Assembly (NCBI RefSeq): GCF_009914755.1
Contig: NC_060940.1
Source: the human T2T-CHM13v2.0 reference genome, Homo sapiens
DNA length: 64,000 nt
Reading direction: 5' to 3' (one strand)
The position numbers and the translations under genes are program-made. Below are positions 26,601 to 41,215 of this stretch, one piece after another; position 1 is the stretch's first letter; each line of letters begins with the position of its first letter. Under the pieces are notes generated by a model. The model had not been told where the DNA came from, made no database searches, and saw only the letters and a list, made by a program, of their open reading frames with translations.

Positions 26601-29388
26601 GTCCCTTCATTGATTCCATCCGATTTCATTGGATGATGACTCCATTCGAGTCCATTCGATGATTCCACTCGATTCCATTAGATGACTCCATTGGAGTCCA
26701 TTTGATTGTTCCATTCGATTCCATTTGATTCCTTTCGAAGATTATTCCATTTGAGTCCATTCGATGATGATTCCATTCCATTCCATTCCATGATTCCGTT
26801 TGATTCCATTCGATGATTCCCTTCGATTCCTTTCTTTGATGATTCCATTCCATTCCATTCAATGATTCCATTCGAATCTATTCCATGATGATTCCTTTCG
26901 ATTCCATTCGCTGATGTTTCCGTTCAATTCCATTCGATGATGATTCCATTCGATTCCATTCATTGAGGATTCCATTTGATTCCATTCAATGATGATTCCA
27001 TTCTATTCCATTCAATGATTGCATTCAATTCCATTCAATGATTATCCCATTAGAGTAAACTCAACGATTCCATTCAATATCATTCGATGATGATTCCTTT
27101 TGAGTCCATTCAATGATTTCATTCAAGTCCATTTGATGATTCCTTTCAATTCCATTCTATGATGATTCCATTCGAGTCCATTCGATGATTCCATTCGATT
27201 GCATTCGATGATTCCAATATATTCCATTCAACGATGATTCCATTCGAGTCCGTTCCATGATTCCATTAGAGTACATTTAATGATTGCTTTGTTTTCAATT
27301 CGAAGATGATTACATTGGATTCCATTCTATGATACCATTCGATTCCATTCAATGATGATTCCACTCAAATCCATTGGATGATTCCATTCGTGTCCATTCG
27401 GTGATTTCATTAGATTCCATTCGAGGATGATTCCATTCGATTCCATTCGATGATTCCATTCAATTCCATTCGATGATGATTCCATTCCAGTCCATATGAT
27501 CATTCCATTTGATTTCATTCGATGATGATTCCATTCGATTCCATTCGACGATTCCATTCTATTCCATTCAATGATGATTCCATTCGAGTCCATTCGATGA
27601 TTCCATTCGAGTCCATTTAATGATTCCATTGGGTTCAATTCAATGATGATTACATTGGATTCCGTTCTATGATTCCATTCAATTCCGTTCATTGACAATT
27701 TGATTCCATTCGATGATGATTCCATTTGAGTTCATTCGATGATTCTATTCGATTCTCTTCGATGGTGATTCAATTCTATTATATTGGATGATTCCATTCG
27801 ATTCCATTTGATGTTGATTCAATTCGATTCTATTCGATGATGATTCCATTGGATTTCACTTGATGATTCTATTCGATTCCATTCAATGATGATTCACTTC
27901 TCGTCCATTGGATGATTCCATTTCATTCCATTCGATGATGATTCCATTCGATTCCATTCGATGATTCCATTTGATTCCATGCGACGGTGAGCAATTCGAT
28001 TCAATTCCATGATGATTCTATTTGATTCAATTAGATGATGTTTCCATTCGAATCCATTCCATGATTATTCCATTGGAATCCATTCGGCGATGATTCCATA
28101 TGAGTCAATTCAATGATGATTCCATATGGGTCCGTTCGATGATAATTCCATTTGATTTCATTCGATGCTTCTATTCTATTCCAGTCGATGATGATTCCGT
28201 TGGAGTCCATACGATGATTCCATTTGATTTCATTTGATGATGATTCCATTCGATGATGATTACATTGGATTCCATTCTATGATTCCATTCAATTCCATTC
28301 GTTGATGATTCGATTCCATTCAATGATGATTCCATTTGAGTTCATTCGATGATTCTATTCGATTCCGTTCGATGGTGATTCAATTCTATTATATTGGATG
28401 ATTCCACTCGATTCCATTTGATGATTATTCCATTGGAGTCCACTTAGTGAATCCTTTAGATTCTACTCGACGATGATTCCATTCGAGTCCATTCGATGAT
28501 ACCATTCAATTCCATTCGTTGATGCTTCCATTCAAGTGCATTCGATGATATCATTCGATTCCATTTGATGATAATTCCATTTGATTCCATGCAATGATTC
28601 TATTCGATTCCATTCAATGATAATTCCATTCAATTCAGTGATTCCTCTGGACTCCATTTGATGATGATTCCATTCAATGATTCCATTCGATTCTATTCGA
28701 AAATGATTCCATTTGAATCCATTTGATGATGATTCCATTAGATTCCATTTGATGATTCCATTCGATTCCATTCGACGATGATTCCATTCCATTCCGTTTG
28801 ATGATTCCATTCTATTCTATTCGATGATGATTCCATTCGATTCCATTCGATGATGATTGGATTCGATTCCATTGGATGATTTCATTTGATTCCATTCGTT
28901 AATGATTTCGATCAATTCCATTCGATGATTCCATTCGATTCCATTCGATAATGATTACATCCGAGTCCATTCGATGATTCCCTTTGAGCCTGTTCGATAA
29001 TTCCATTTGAGTCCAACCAATGATTCCATTCATTTCCATTCAATGATTCCATTCGAGTCCATTTGATCATTCCGGTAGGGTCCATTCGATGTTGATTCCA
29101 TTGGAGTGCATTCGATGATTCCATTCGAGTCCATTTTAGGATTTGATTCGAGTCCTTTCGATGATTCCATTCGATTCCACTCGATGATGATTTCATTCGA
29201 GTCCATTCGACACTTCCAATCGATTCCATTTGATGATTCCATTCGAGTCCAATTGATGATTCCATTCAATTCCATTCGATGATGATTCCGTACGATTCCA
29301 TTCTGTGATGATTCCATGTGATTGCATTCAATGATGATTCCTTTCGATTGCATTCGATTATGATTCATTTCGTGTTCATTCTATGGTT
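23651..29388 (+). repeat. HOR copy U5, 5738 bp, short form
   Basis: Landmarks at 23651 and 29389. Deletion junction at 25434-25441. Confidence 0.95.
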
Positions 29389-32300
29389 CCACAGGTTTCC
29401 ATTCGTGTCCATTCCGTTATTCCATTCTATTCCATTTGATGATGATTCCGTTCGATTCCATTCATTGGTGATTCCACTCAATTCCATTCAATGATTCCAT
29501 TCCATTTCTTTCAACAATGATTCCATTAGTTTCTAATCGATGATCCACTTGATTCCATTTGACGACGATTCCATTCTTGTCCATTCGATTATTCCATTTG
29601 ATTCCATATGATGATGATTCCATTCGATTCCATACCATGATGATTCCATTCGAGTCCATTCAATGGTGATTCCATTCAATTCCATTCGATGATTCCTTTT
29701 GATTCCATTCGATGATGATGGCATTCGATTCCTTTCAATCATTCCCTTTGATTCCATTCAAAGGTGATTTCATTCAAGTCCATTCGATAATTGCATTCGA
29801 TTCCATTCTATGATGATTCCATTCGAGTCCATTTGATGATTCCATTCAATTCAAGTCAATGATGATTCCATTCGATTCCATTCGATGATTCCATTGGATT
29901 CCATTCGATGATGATTCCATTCAAATCCATTCGATAATTCAATTCAAGTCCATTCGATGATGATTCCAATCGAATCCATTCAAAGATTCCATTCAGTTCC
30001 ATTCGATGATTCCCTTAGATTCCATTCGATGATTCCACTTGATTGCATTTACGATGATTCCATTCGATTCCATGTGATGATTCCATTCAATTCTATTCAA
30101 TGATGTCTCCATTTGATTCCATTCGACCATGATTGCCTTTGATTCCATTCAATGATTCCATTCGGTTCCGTTTGATGATGATTCCGTTCGATTCCATTTG
30201 ATGATTCCATTTGATTCCATTGGATGAGTCCATTCGATTACATTCGATGATTATTCCATTCGAGTGCATTAGATGATTCCATTCGAGTCCATTCGATGAT
30301 TCCATTCGATTCCATTCGATGTTGATTCTGTTCAAATCCATTCGATGATTCCACTCGATTCCATTCGTTGACTCCATTTGATCCCATTCGATGATTTCCT
30401 TTGATTCCCTTTGATGATCATTCCATTTGATTCAATTCGGTGATTTCATTTGATTCCATTCAGTGATGTTTCCATTCGACTCCATTCGATGATGATTCCA
30501 TTCGACTCCATTCGATTATGATTTCATTCAATTCCATTCGATAATGATTCCCTTCGAGTCCATTCGATGATTCCATTCGATTCCATTCAACGATGATTTG
30601 ATTCGTGTCCATTCGATGATTCCATTTGATTCCACTTGATGATGATTCCATTCGAGTCCATTTGATGATTCCATTCAATTCCATACTCCGATGATTTCTT
30701 TTGAGCCCACTCAATGCTTCCACTCGATTCCATATGATGATGACTCCATTCGATGAAATTCGATGATGATTCCATTCGCTTGCTTTCGATGATGATTCCA
30801 CTTGAGTCCGTTAGAAGATTCTATTCAATTACATTCCATGACGATTCCGTTCGAGTCCATTTGATGATTCCATTAGACTCCATTCGACGATGATTCCATT
30901 CGATGTTATTCGATGATTCCATTCGATCTCATTCGATGATGATTCCATTCAACTCCATTCGATGTTTCCATTCGAGTTCATTCTATTATTCCATTAGATT
31001 CCATTCGATGATGATTCCATTCGATTCCATTTGATGATTGCATTCTATTTCATTTGATGATGATTCCATTCGAGTCCACTCGATGATTCCATTCGAGTCC
31101 ATTTAATGAATCCATTGGTTTCAATTCTATGATGATTACATTGGATTCCATTCGTTGATGATTTCATTCGGTTCCATTCAATGATGATTCCATTCAATTC
31201 CTTTCAATGTTTCCATTCAATTCCATACGATGATGATTCCATTTGATTTGATTCGACAGTGAGCCATTCGATTCAATTCCATGATGATTCTATTTGATTC
31301 AATTGGTTGACATTTCCATTCGATTCCATTCGATGATGATTCCCTTTGATTCCGTTCAAAGATGATTCCATTCTAGCCCATTCAATCATTCCATTCGATT
31401 CTATTCAATGATGATTCCATTCATGTCGATTTGGTGATTCCATTTGACTTCATTTGATGATGATTCCTTTCAAGTTCATTAGATGATTCCATTCGATTCC
31501 ATTTGATGATGATCCCATTCGAGTCCATTCAGTGATTCCATTCGTTTCCATTCCATGATGATTCCATTCCTTTCCATTCAATGATTCCATTCGATTCCGT
31601 TTGATGATGATTTCATTCGAGTCCATTTGATGATTCCATTTGATTCCATTCGATGATGATTCCATTCGAGTCCATTCGATGATTCTATTCAAATCCATTT
31701 GATGATTTCTTTTGATTATATTTGGTGATGATTCCATTGGAGTCCATTCAATGATTCCATTCTATTCCAATCGATGATGATTCCATTAGAGTCCATTTAA
31801 TGATTCCATTTGATTCCAGTCTCTGATGATTACATTCGAGTCCATACGATGATTCCACTCAATTCCATATGATGATGATTCCATTTGATTCCATTCGGTG
31901 ATTCCATTCTATTCTATTCAATGGTGATTCCATTCGAGTACATTAGATGATTCCATTCGATTCCATTCAATGATGATTCTATTTGTGTCCCTTAGATGAT
32001 TCCACATGATTCCATTAGATGATGATACTATTTGAGCCCATCCAATGATTCCCTTCGTTTCCATTCGATGAGGATTCCATTCGATTCAATTCATTGGTGA
32101 TTCTATTCAATTCAATTCTTTGATTCCATTCCATTCCATTCGACAATGATTCCATTCGATTTCTTTCGATGATTCCACTCGATTCCACTTGACATTGATT
32201 CCATTCGATTCCATTCAATGATTCCATTTGATTCCAGTGGATGATGATTGCCATCGATTCCATTCGATCACTCCATTCTATTCCATTTGATGATGATTAC

Positions 32301-35300
32301 ATTCGATTCCATTTGATGATTCCATCTGATTCTATTCGAGGATTCCATTTGATTCCATTCGATGATGATTCCATTCGAGTCCATTCGATGATTTCATTCG
32401 AGTACATCCAATGATTCCATTCGAGTCCATTAGATGATTCCATTTGATTCCATTTGAAAATGATTCTACTAGAGTCCATTCAATGACTCCATTCGAGTCC
32501 ATTCAACAATTCCATTCGACTCCATTCGATGATTCCATTCGATTCTATTTGATGGTTCCATTCGAGTCCATTTAATCATTACAGTCGAGTCCATTTGGTG
32601 ATTCCACTGGATTTCTTTTGATAATGATACCATTCAATTACATTTGATGATGATCCCATTCAATTTCATTTGATGATGATTCCATTAGAGTCCATTCGAT
32701 GATTTCATTCGAGTCCCTTCATTGATTCCATCCAATTTCATTGGATGATGACTCCATTCGAGTCCATTCGATGATTCCACTCGATTCCATTAGATGACTC
32801 CATTGGAGTCCATTTGATTGTTCCATTCGATTCCATTCGATTCCTTTCGAAGATTATTCCATTTGAGTCCATTCGATGATGATTCCATTCCATTCCATTC
32901 CATGATTCCGTTTGATTCCATTCGATGATTCCCTTCGATTCCTTTCTTTGATGATTCCATTCCATTCCATTCAATGATTCCATTCGAATCTATTCCATGA
33001 TGATTCCTTTCGATTCCATTCGCTGATGTTTCCGTTCAATTCCATTCGATGATGATTCCATTCGATTCCATTCATTGAGGATTCCATTTGATTCCATTCA
33101 ATGATGATTCCATTCTATTCCATTCAATGATTGCATTCAATTCCATTCAATGATTATCCCATTAGAGTAAACTCAACGATTCCATTCAATACCATTCGAT
33201 GATGATTCCTTTTGAGTCCATTCAATGATTTCATTCAAGTCCATTTGATGATTCCTTTCAATTCCATTCTATGATGATTCCATTCGAGTCCATTCGATGA
33301 TTCCATTCGATTGCATTCGATGATTCCATTATATTCCACTCAACGATGATTCCATTCGAGTCCATTCGATGATTCCATTAGAGTACATTTAATGATTGCT
33401 TTGTTTTCAATTCGAAGATGATTACATTGGATTCCATTCTATGATACCATTCGATTCCATTCAATGATGATTCCACTCAAATCCATTGGATGATTCCATT
33501 CGTGTCCATTCGGTGATTTCATTAGATTCCATTCGAGGATGATTCCATTCGATTCCATTCGATGATTCCATTCAATTCCATTCGATGATGATTCCATTCC
33601 AGTCCATATGATCATTCCATTTGATTTCATTCGATGATGATTCCATTCAATTCGATTCGACGATTCCATTCTATTCCATTCGATGATGATTCCATTCGAG
33701 TCCATTCGATGATTCCATTCGAGTCCATTTAATGATTCCATTGGGTTCAATTCAATGATGATTACATTGGATTCCGTTCTATGATTCCATTCAATTCCGT
33801 TCATTGACAATTTGATTCCATTCGATGATGATTCCATTTGAGTTCATTCGATGATTCTATTCGATTCTCTTCGATGGTGATTCAATTCTATTATATTGGA
33901 TGATTCCATTCGATTCCATTTGATGTTGATTCAATTCGATTCTATTCGATGATGATTCCATTGGATTTCACTTGATGATTCTATTCGATTCCATTCAATG
34001 ATGATTCACTTCTCGTCCATTGGATGATTCCATTTCATTCCATTCGATGATGATTCCATTCGATTCCATTCGATGATTCCATTTGATTCCATGCGACGGT
34101 GAGCAATTCGATTCAATTCCATGATGATTCTATTTGATTCAATTAGATGATGTTTCCATTCGAATCCATTCCATGATTATTCCATTGGAATCCATTCGGC
34201 GATGATTCCATATGAGTCAATTCAATGATGATTCCATATGGGTCCGTTCGATGATAATTCCATTTGATTTCATTCGATGCTTCTATTCTATTCCAGTCGA
34301 TGATGATTCCGTTGGAGTCCATACGATGATTCCATTTGATTTCATTTGATGATGATTCCATTCGATGATGATTACATTGGATTCCATTCTATGATTCCAT
34401 TCAATTCCATTCGTTGATGATTCGATTCCATTCAATGATGATTCCGTTTGAGTTCATTCGATGATTCTATTCGATTCCGTTCGATGGTGATTCAATTCTA
34501 TTATATTGGATGATTCCACTCGATTCCATTTGATGATTATTCCATTGGAGTCCACTTAGTGAATCCTTTAGATTCTACTCGACGATGATTCCATTCGAGT
34601 CCATTCGATGATACCATTCAATTCCATTCGTTGATGCTTCCATTCAAGTGCATTCGATGATATCATTCGATTCCATTTGATGATAATTCCATTTGATTCC
34701 ATGCGATGATTCTATTCGATTCCATTCAATGATAATTCCATTCAATTCAGTGATTCCTCTGGACTCCATTTGATGATGATTCCATTCAATGATTCCATTC
34801 GATTCTATTCGAAAATGATTCCATTTGAATCCATTTGATGATGATTCCATTAGATTCCATTTGATGATTCCATTCGATTCCATTCGACGATGATTCCATT
34901 CGATTCCGTTTGATGATTCCATTCTATTCTATTCGATGATGATTCCATTCGATTCCATTCGATGATGATTGGATTCGATTCCATTTGATGATTTCATTTG
35001 ATTCCATTCGTTAATGATTTCGATCAATTCCATTCGATGATTCCATTCGATTCCATTCGATAATGATTACATCCGAGTCCATTCGATGATTCCCTTTGAG
35101 CCTGTTCGATAATTCCATTTGAGTCCAACCAATGATTCCATTCATTTCCATTCAATGATTCCATTCGAGTCCACTTGATCATTCCGGTAGGGTCCATTCG
35201 ATGTTGATTCCATTGGAGTGCATTCGATGATTCCATTCGAGTCCATTTTAGGATTTGATTCGAGTCCTTTCGATGATTCCATTCGATTCCACTCGATGAT

Positions 35301-35500
35301 GATTTCATTCGAGTCCATTCGACACTTCCAATCGATTCCATTTGATGATTCCATTCGAGTCCAATTGATGATTCCATTCAATTCCATTCGATGATGATTC
35401 CGTACGATTCCATTCTGTGATGATTCCATGTGATTGCATTCAATGATGATTCCTTTCGATTGCATTCGATTATGATTCATTTCGTGTTCATTCTATGGTT
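29389..35500 (+). repeat. HOR copy U6, 6112 bp, long form
   Basis: Landmarks at 29389 and 35501. 374 bp segment at 31180-31553. Confidence 0.95.
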
Positions 35501-38500
35501 CCACAGGTTTCCATTCGTGTCCATTCCATTATTCCATTCTATTCCATTTGATGATGATTCCATTCGATTCCATTCATTGGTGATTCCACTCAATTCCATT
35601 CAATGATTCCATTCCATTTCTTTCAACAATGATTCCATTAGTTTCTAATCGATGATCCACTTGATTCCATTTGACGACGATTCCATTCTTGTCCATTCGA
35701 TGATTCCATTTGATTCCATATGATGATGATTCCATTCGATTCCATACCATGATGATTCCATTCGAGTCCATTCAATGGTGATTCCATTCAATTCCATTCG
35801 ATGATTCCTTTTGATTCCATTCGATGATGATGGCATTCGATTCCTTTCAATCATTCCCTTTGATTCCATTCAAAGGTGATTTCATTCAAGTCCATTCGAT
35901 AATTGCATTCGATTCCATTCTATGATGATTCCATTCGAGTCCATTTGATGATTCCATTCAATTCAAGTCAATGATGATTCCATTCGATTCCATTCGATGA
36001 TTCCATTGGATTCCATTCGATGATGATTCCATTCAAATCCATTCGATAATTCAATTCAAGTCCATTCGATGATGATTCCAATCGAATCCATTCAAAGATT
36101 CCATTCAGTTCCATTCGATGATTCCCTTAGATTCCATTCGATGATTCCACTTGATTGCATTTACGATGATTCCATTCGATTCCATGTGATGATTCCATTC
36201 AATTCTATTCAATGATGTCTCCATTTGATTCCATTCGACCATGATTGCCTTTGATTCCATTCAATGATTCCATTCGGTTCCGTTTGATGATGATTCCGTT
36301 CGATTCCATTTGATGATTCCATTTGATTCCATTGGATGAGTCCATTCGATTACATTCGATGATTATTCCATTCGAGTGCATTAGATGATTCCATTCGAGT
36401 CCATTCGATGATTCCATTCGATTCCATTCGATGTTGATTCTGTTCAAATCCATTCGATGATTCCACTCGATTCCATTCGTTGACTCCATTTGATCCCATT
36501 CGATGATTTCCTTTGATTCCCTTTGATGATCATTCCATTTGATTCAATTCGGTGATTTCATTTGATTCCATTCAGTGATGTTTCCATTCGACTCCATTCG
36601 ATGATGATTCCATTCGACTCCATTCGATTATGATTTCATTCAATTCCATTCGATAATGATTCCCTTCGAGTCCATTCGATGATTCCATTCGATTCCATTC
36701 AACGATGATTTGATTCGTGTCCATTCGATGATTCCATTTGATTCCACTTGATGATGATTCCATTCGAGTCCATTTGATGATTCCATTCAATTCCATACTC
36801 CGATGATTTCTTTTGAGCCCACTCAATGCTTCCACTCGATTCCATATGATGATGACTCCATTCGATGAAATTCGATGATGATTCCATTCGCTTGCTTTCG
36901 ATGATGATTCCACTTGAGTCCGTTAGAAGATTCTATTCAATTACATTCCAGGACGATTCCGTTCGAGTCCATTTGATGATTCCATTAGACTCCATACGAC
37001 GATGATTCCATTCGATGTTATTCGATGATTCCATTCGATCTCATTCGATGATGATTCCATTCAACTCCATTCGATGTTTCCATTCGAGTTCATTCTATTA
37101 TTCCATTAGATTCCATTCGATGATGATTCCATTCGATTCCATTTGATGATTGCATTCTATTTCATTTGATGATGATTCCATTCGAGTCCACTCGATGATT
37201 CCATTCGAGTCCATTTAATGAATCCATTGGTTTCAATTCTATGATGATTACACTGGATTCCATTCGTTGATGATTTCATTCGGTTCCATTCCATGATGAT
37301 TCCATTCCTTTCCATTCAATGATTCCATTCGATTCCGTTTGATGATGATTTCATTCGAGTCCATTTGATGATTCCATTTGATTTCTTTCGATGATGATTC
37401 CATTCGAGTCCATTCGATGATTCTATTCGAATCCATTTGATGATTTCTTTTGATTATATTTGGTGATGATTCCATTGGAGTCCATTCAATGATTCCATTC
37501 TATTCCAATCGATGATGATTCCATTAGAGTCCAGTTAATGATTCCATTTGATTCCAGTCTCTGATGATTACATTCGAGTCCATACGATGATTCCACTCAA
37601 TTCCATATGATGATGATTCCATTTGATTCCATTCGGTGATTCCGTTCTATTCTATTCAATGGTGATTCCATTCGAGTACATTAGATGATTCCATTCGATT
37701 CCATTCATTGATGATTCTATTTGTGTCCCTTAGATGATTCCACATGATTCCATTAGATGATGATACTATTTGAGCCCATCCAATGATTCCCTTCGATTCC
37801 ATTCGATGAGGATTCCATTCGATTCAATTCATTGGTGATTCTATTCAATTCAATTCTTTGATTCCATTCCATTCCATTCGACAATGATTCCATTCGATTT
37901 CTTTCGATGATTCCACTCGATTCCACTTGACATTGATTCCATTCGATTCCATTCAATGATTCCATTTGATTCCAGTGGATGATGATTGCCATCGATTCCA
38001 TTCGATCACTCCATTCTATTCCATTTGATGATGATTACATTCGATTCCATTTGATGATTCCATCTGATTCTATTCGAGGATTCCATTTGATTCCATTCGA
38101 TGATGATTCCATTCGAGTCCATTCGATGATTTCATTCGAGTACATCCAATGATTCCATTCGAGTCCATTAGATGATTCCATTTGATTCCATTTGAAAATG
38201 ATTCTACTAGAGTCCATTCAATGACTCCATTCGAGTCCATTCAACAATTCCATTCGACTCCATTCGATGATTCCATTCGATTCCATTTGATGGTTCCATT
38301 CGAGTCCATTTAATCATTACAGTCGAGTCCATTTGGTGATTCCACTGGATTTCTTTTGATAATGATACCATTCAATTACATTTGATGATGATCCCATTCA
38401 ATTTCATTTGATGATGATTCCATTAGAGTCCATTCGATGATTTCATTCGAGTCCCTTCATTGATTCCATCCGATTTCATTGGATGATGACTCCATTCGAG

Positions 38501-41215
38501 TCCATTCGATGATTCCACTAGATTCCATTAGATGACTCCATTGGAGTCCATTTGATTGTTCCATTCGATTCCATTTGATTCCTTTCGAAGATTATTCCAT
38601 TTGAGTCCATTCGATGATGATTCCATTCCATTCCATTCCATGATTCCGTTTGATTCCATTCGATGATTCCCTTCGATTCCTTTCTTTGATGATTCCATTC
38701 CATTCCATTCAATGATTCCATTCGAATCTATTCCATGATGATTCCTTTCGATTCCATTCGCTGATGTTTCCGTTCAATTCCATTCGATGATGATTCCATT
38801 CGATTCCATTCATTGAGGATTCCATTTGATTCCATTCAATGATGATTCCATTCTATTCCATTCAATGATTGCATTCAATTCCATTCAATGATTATCCCAT
38901 TAGAGTAAACTCAACGATTCCATTCAATATCATTCGATGATGATTCCTTTTGAGTCCATTCAATGATTTCATTCAAGTCCATTTGATGATTCCTTTCAAT
39001 TCCATTCTATGATGATTCCATTCGAGTCCATTCGATGATTCCATTCGATTGCATTCGATGATTCCATTATATTCCATTCAACGATGATTCCATTCGAGTC
39101 CATTCCATGATTCCATTAGAGTACATTTAATGATTGCTTTGTTTTCAATTCGAAGATGATTACATTGGATTCCATTCTATGATACCATTCGATTCCATTC
39201 AATGATGATTCCACTCAAATCCATTGGATGATTCCATTCGTGTCCATTCGGTGATTTCATTAGATTCCATTCGAGGATGATTCCATTCGATTCCATTCGA
39301 TGATGATTCCATTCCAGTCCATATGATCATTCCATTTGATTTCATTCGATGATGATTCCATTCGATTCCATTCGACGATTTCATTCTATTCCATTCAATG
39401 ATGATTCCATTCGAGTCCATTCGATGATTCCATTCGAGTCCATTTAATGATTCCATTGGGTTCAATTCAATGATGATTACATTGGATTCCGTTCTATGAT
39501 TCCATTCAATTCCGTTCATTGACAATTTGATTCCATTCGATGATGATTCCATTTGAGTTCATTCGATGATTCTATTCGATTCTCTTCGATGGTGATTCAA
39601 TTCTATTATATTGGATGATTCCATTCGATTCCATTTGATGTTGATTCAATTCGATTCTATTCGATGATGATTCCATTGGATTTCACTTGATGATTCTATT
39701 CGATTCCATTCAATGATGATTCACTTCTCGTCCATTGGATGATTCCATTTCATTCCATTCGATGATGATTCCATTCGATTCCATTCGATGATTCCATTTG
39801 ATTCCATGCGACGGTGAGCAATTCGATTCAATTCCATGATGATTCTATTTGATTCAATTAGATGATGTTTCCATTCGAATCCATTCCATGATTATTCCAT
39901 TGGAATCCATTCGGCGATGATTCCATATGAGTCAATTCAATGATGATTCCATATGGGTCCGTTCGATGATAATTCCATTTGATTTCATTCGATGCTTCTA
40001 TTCTATTCCAGTCGATGATGATTCCGTTGGAGTCCATACGATGATTCCATTTGATTTCATTTGATGATGATTCCATTCGATGATGATTACATTGGATTCC
40101 ATTCTATGATTCCATTCAATTCCATTCGTTGATGATTCGATTCCATTCAATGATGATTCCATTTGAGTTCATTCGATGATTCTATTCGATTCCGTTCGAT
40201 GGTGATTCAATTCTATTATATTGGATGATTCCACTCGATTCCATTTGATGATTATTCCATTGGAGTCCACTTAGTGAATCCTTTAGATTCTACTCGACGA
40301 TGATTCCATTCGAGTCCATTCGATGATACCATTCAATTCCATTCGTTGATGCTTCCATTCAAGTGCATTCGATGATATCATTCGATTCCATTTGATGATA
40401 ATTCCATTTGATTCCATGCGATGATTCTATTCGATTCCATTCAATGATAATTCCATTCAATTCAGTGATTCCTCTGGACTCCATTTGATGATGATTCCAT
40501 TCAATGATTCCATTCGATTCTATTCGAAAATGATTCCATTTGAATCCATTTGATGATGATTCCATTAGATTCCATTTGATGATTCCATTCGATTCCATTC
40601 GACGATGATTCCATTCCATTCCGTTTGATGATTCCATTCTATTCTATTCGATGATGATTCCATTCGATTCCATTCGATGATGATTGGATTCGATTCCATT
40701 GGATGATTTCATTTGATTCCATTCGTTAATGATTTCGATCAATTCCATTCGATGATTCCATTCGATTCCATTCGATAATGATTACATCCGAGTCCATTCG
40801 ATGATTCCCTTTGAGCCTGTTCGATAATTCCATTTGAGTCCAACCAATGATTCCATTCATTTCCATTCAATGATTCCATTCGAGTCCATTTGATCATTCC
40901 GGTAGGGTCCATTCGATGTTGATTCCATTGGAGTGCATTCGATGATTCCATTCGAGTCCATTTTAGGATTTGATTCGAGTCCTTTCGATGATTCCATTCG
41001 ATTCCACTCGATGATGATTTCATTCGAGTCCATTCGACACTTCCAATCGATTCCATTTGATGATTCCATTCGAGTCCAATTGATGATTCCATTCAATTCC
41101 ATTCGATGATGATTCCGTACGATTCCATTCTGTGATGATTCCATGTGATTGCATTCAATGATGATTCCTTTCGATTGCATTCGATTATGATTCATTTCGT
41201 GTTCATTCTATGGTT
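35501..41215 (+). repeat. HOR copy U7, 5715 bp, short form with an additional 23 bp deletion
   Basis: Landmarks at 35501 and 41216. 374 bp junction at 37284-37291. One 23 bp monomer is missing at ~39300. Confidence 0.94.
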
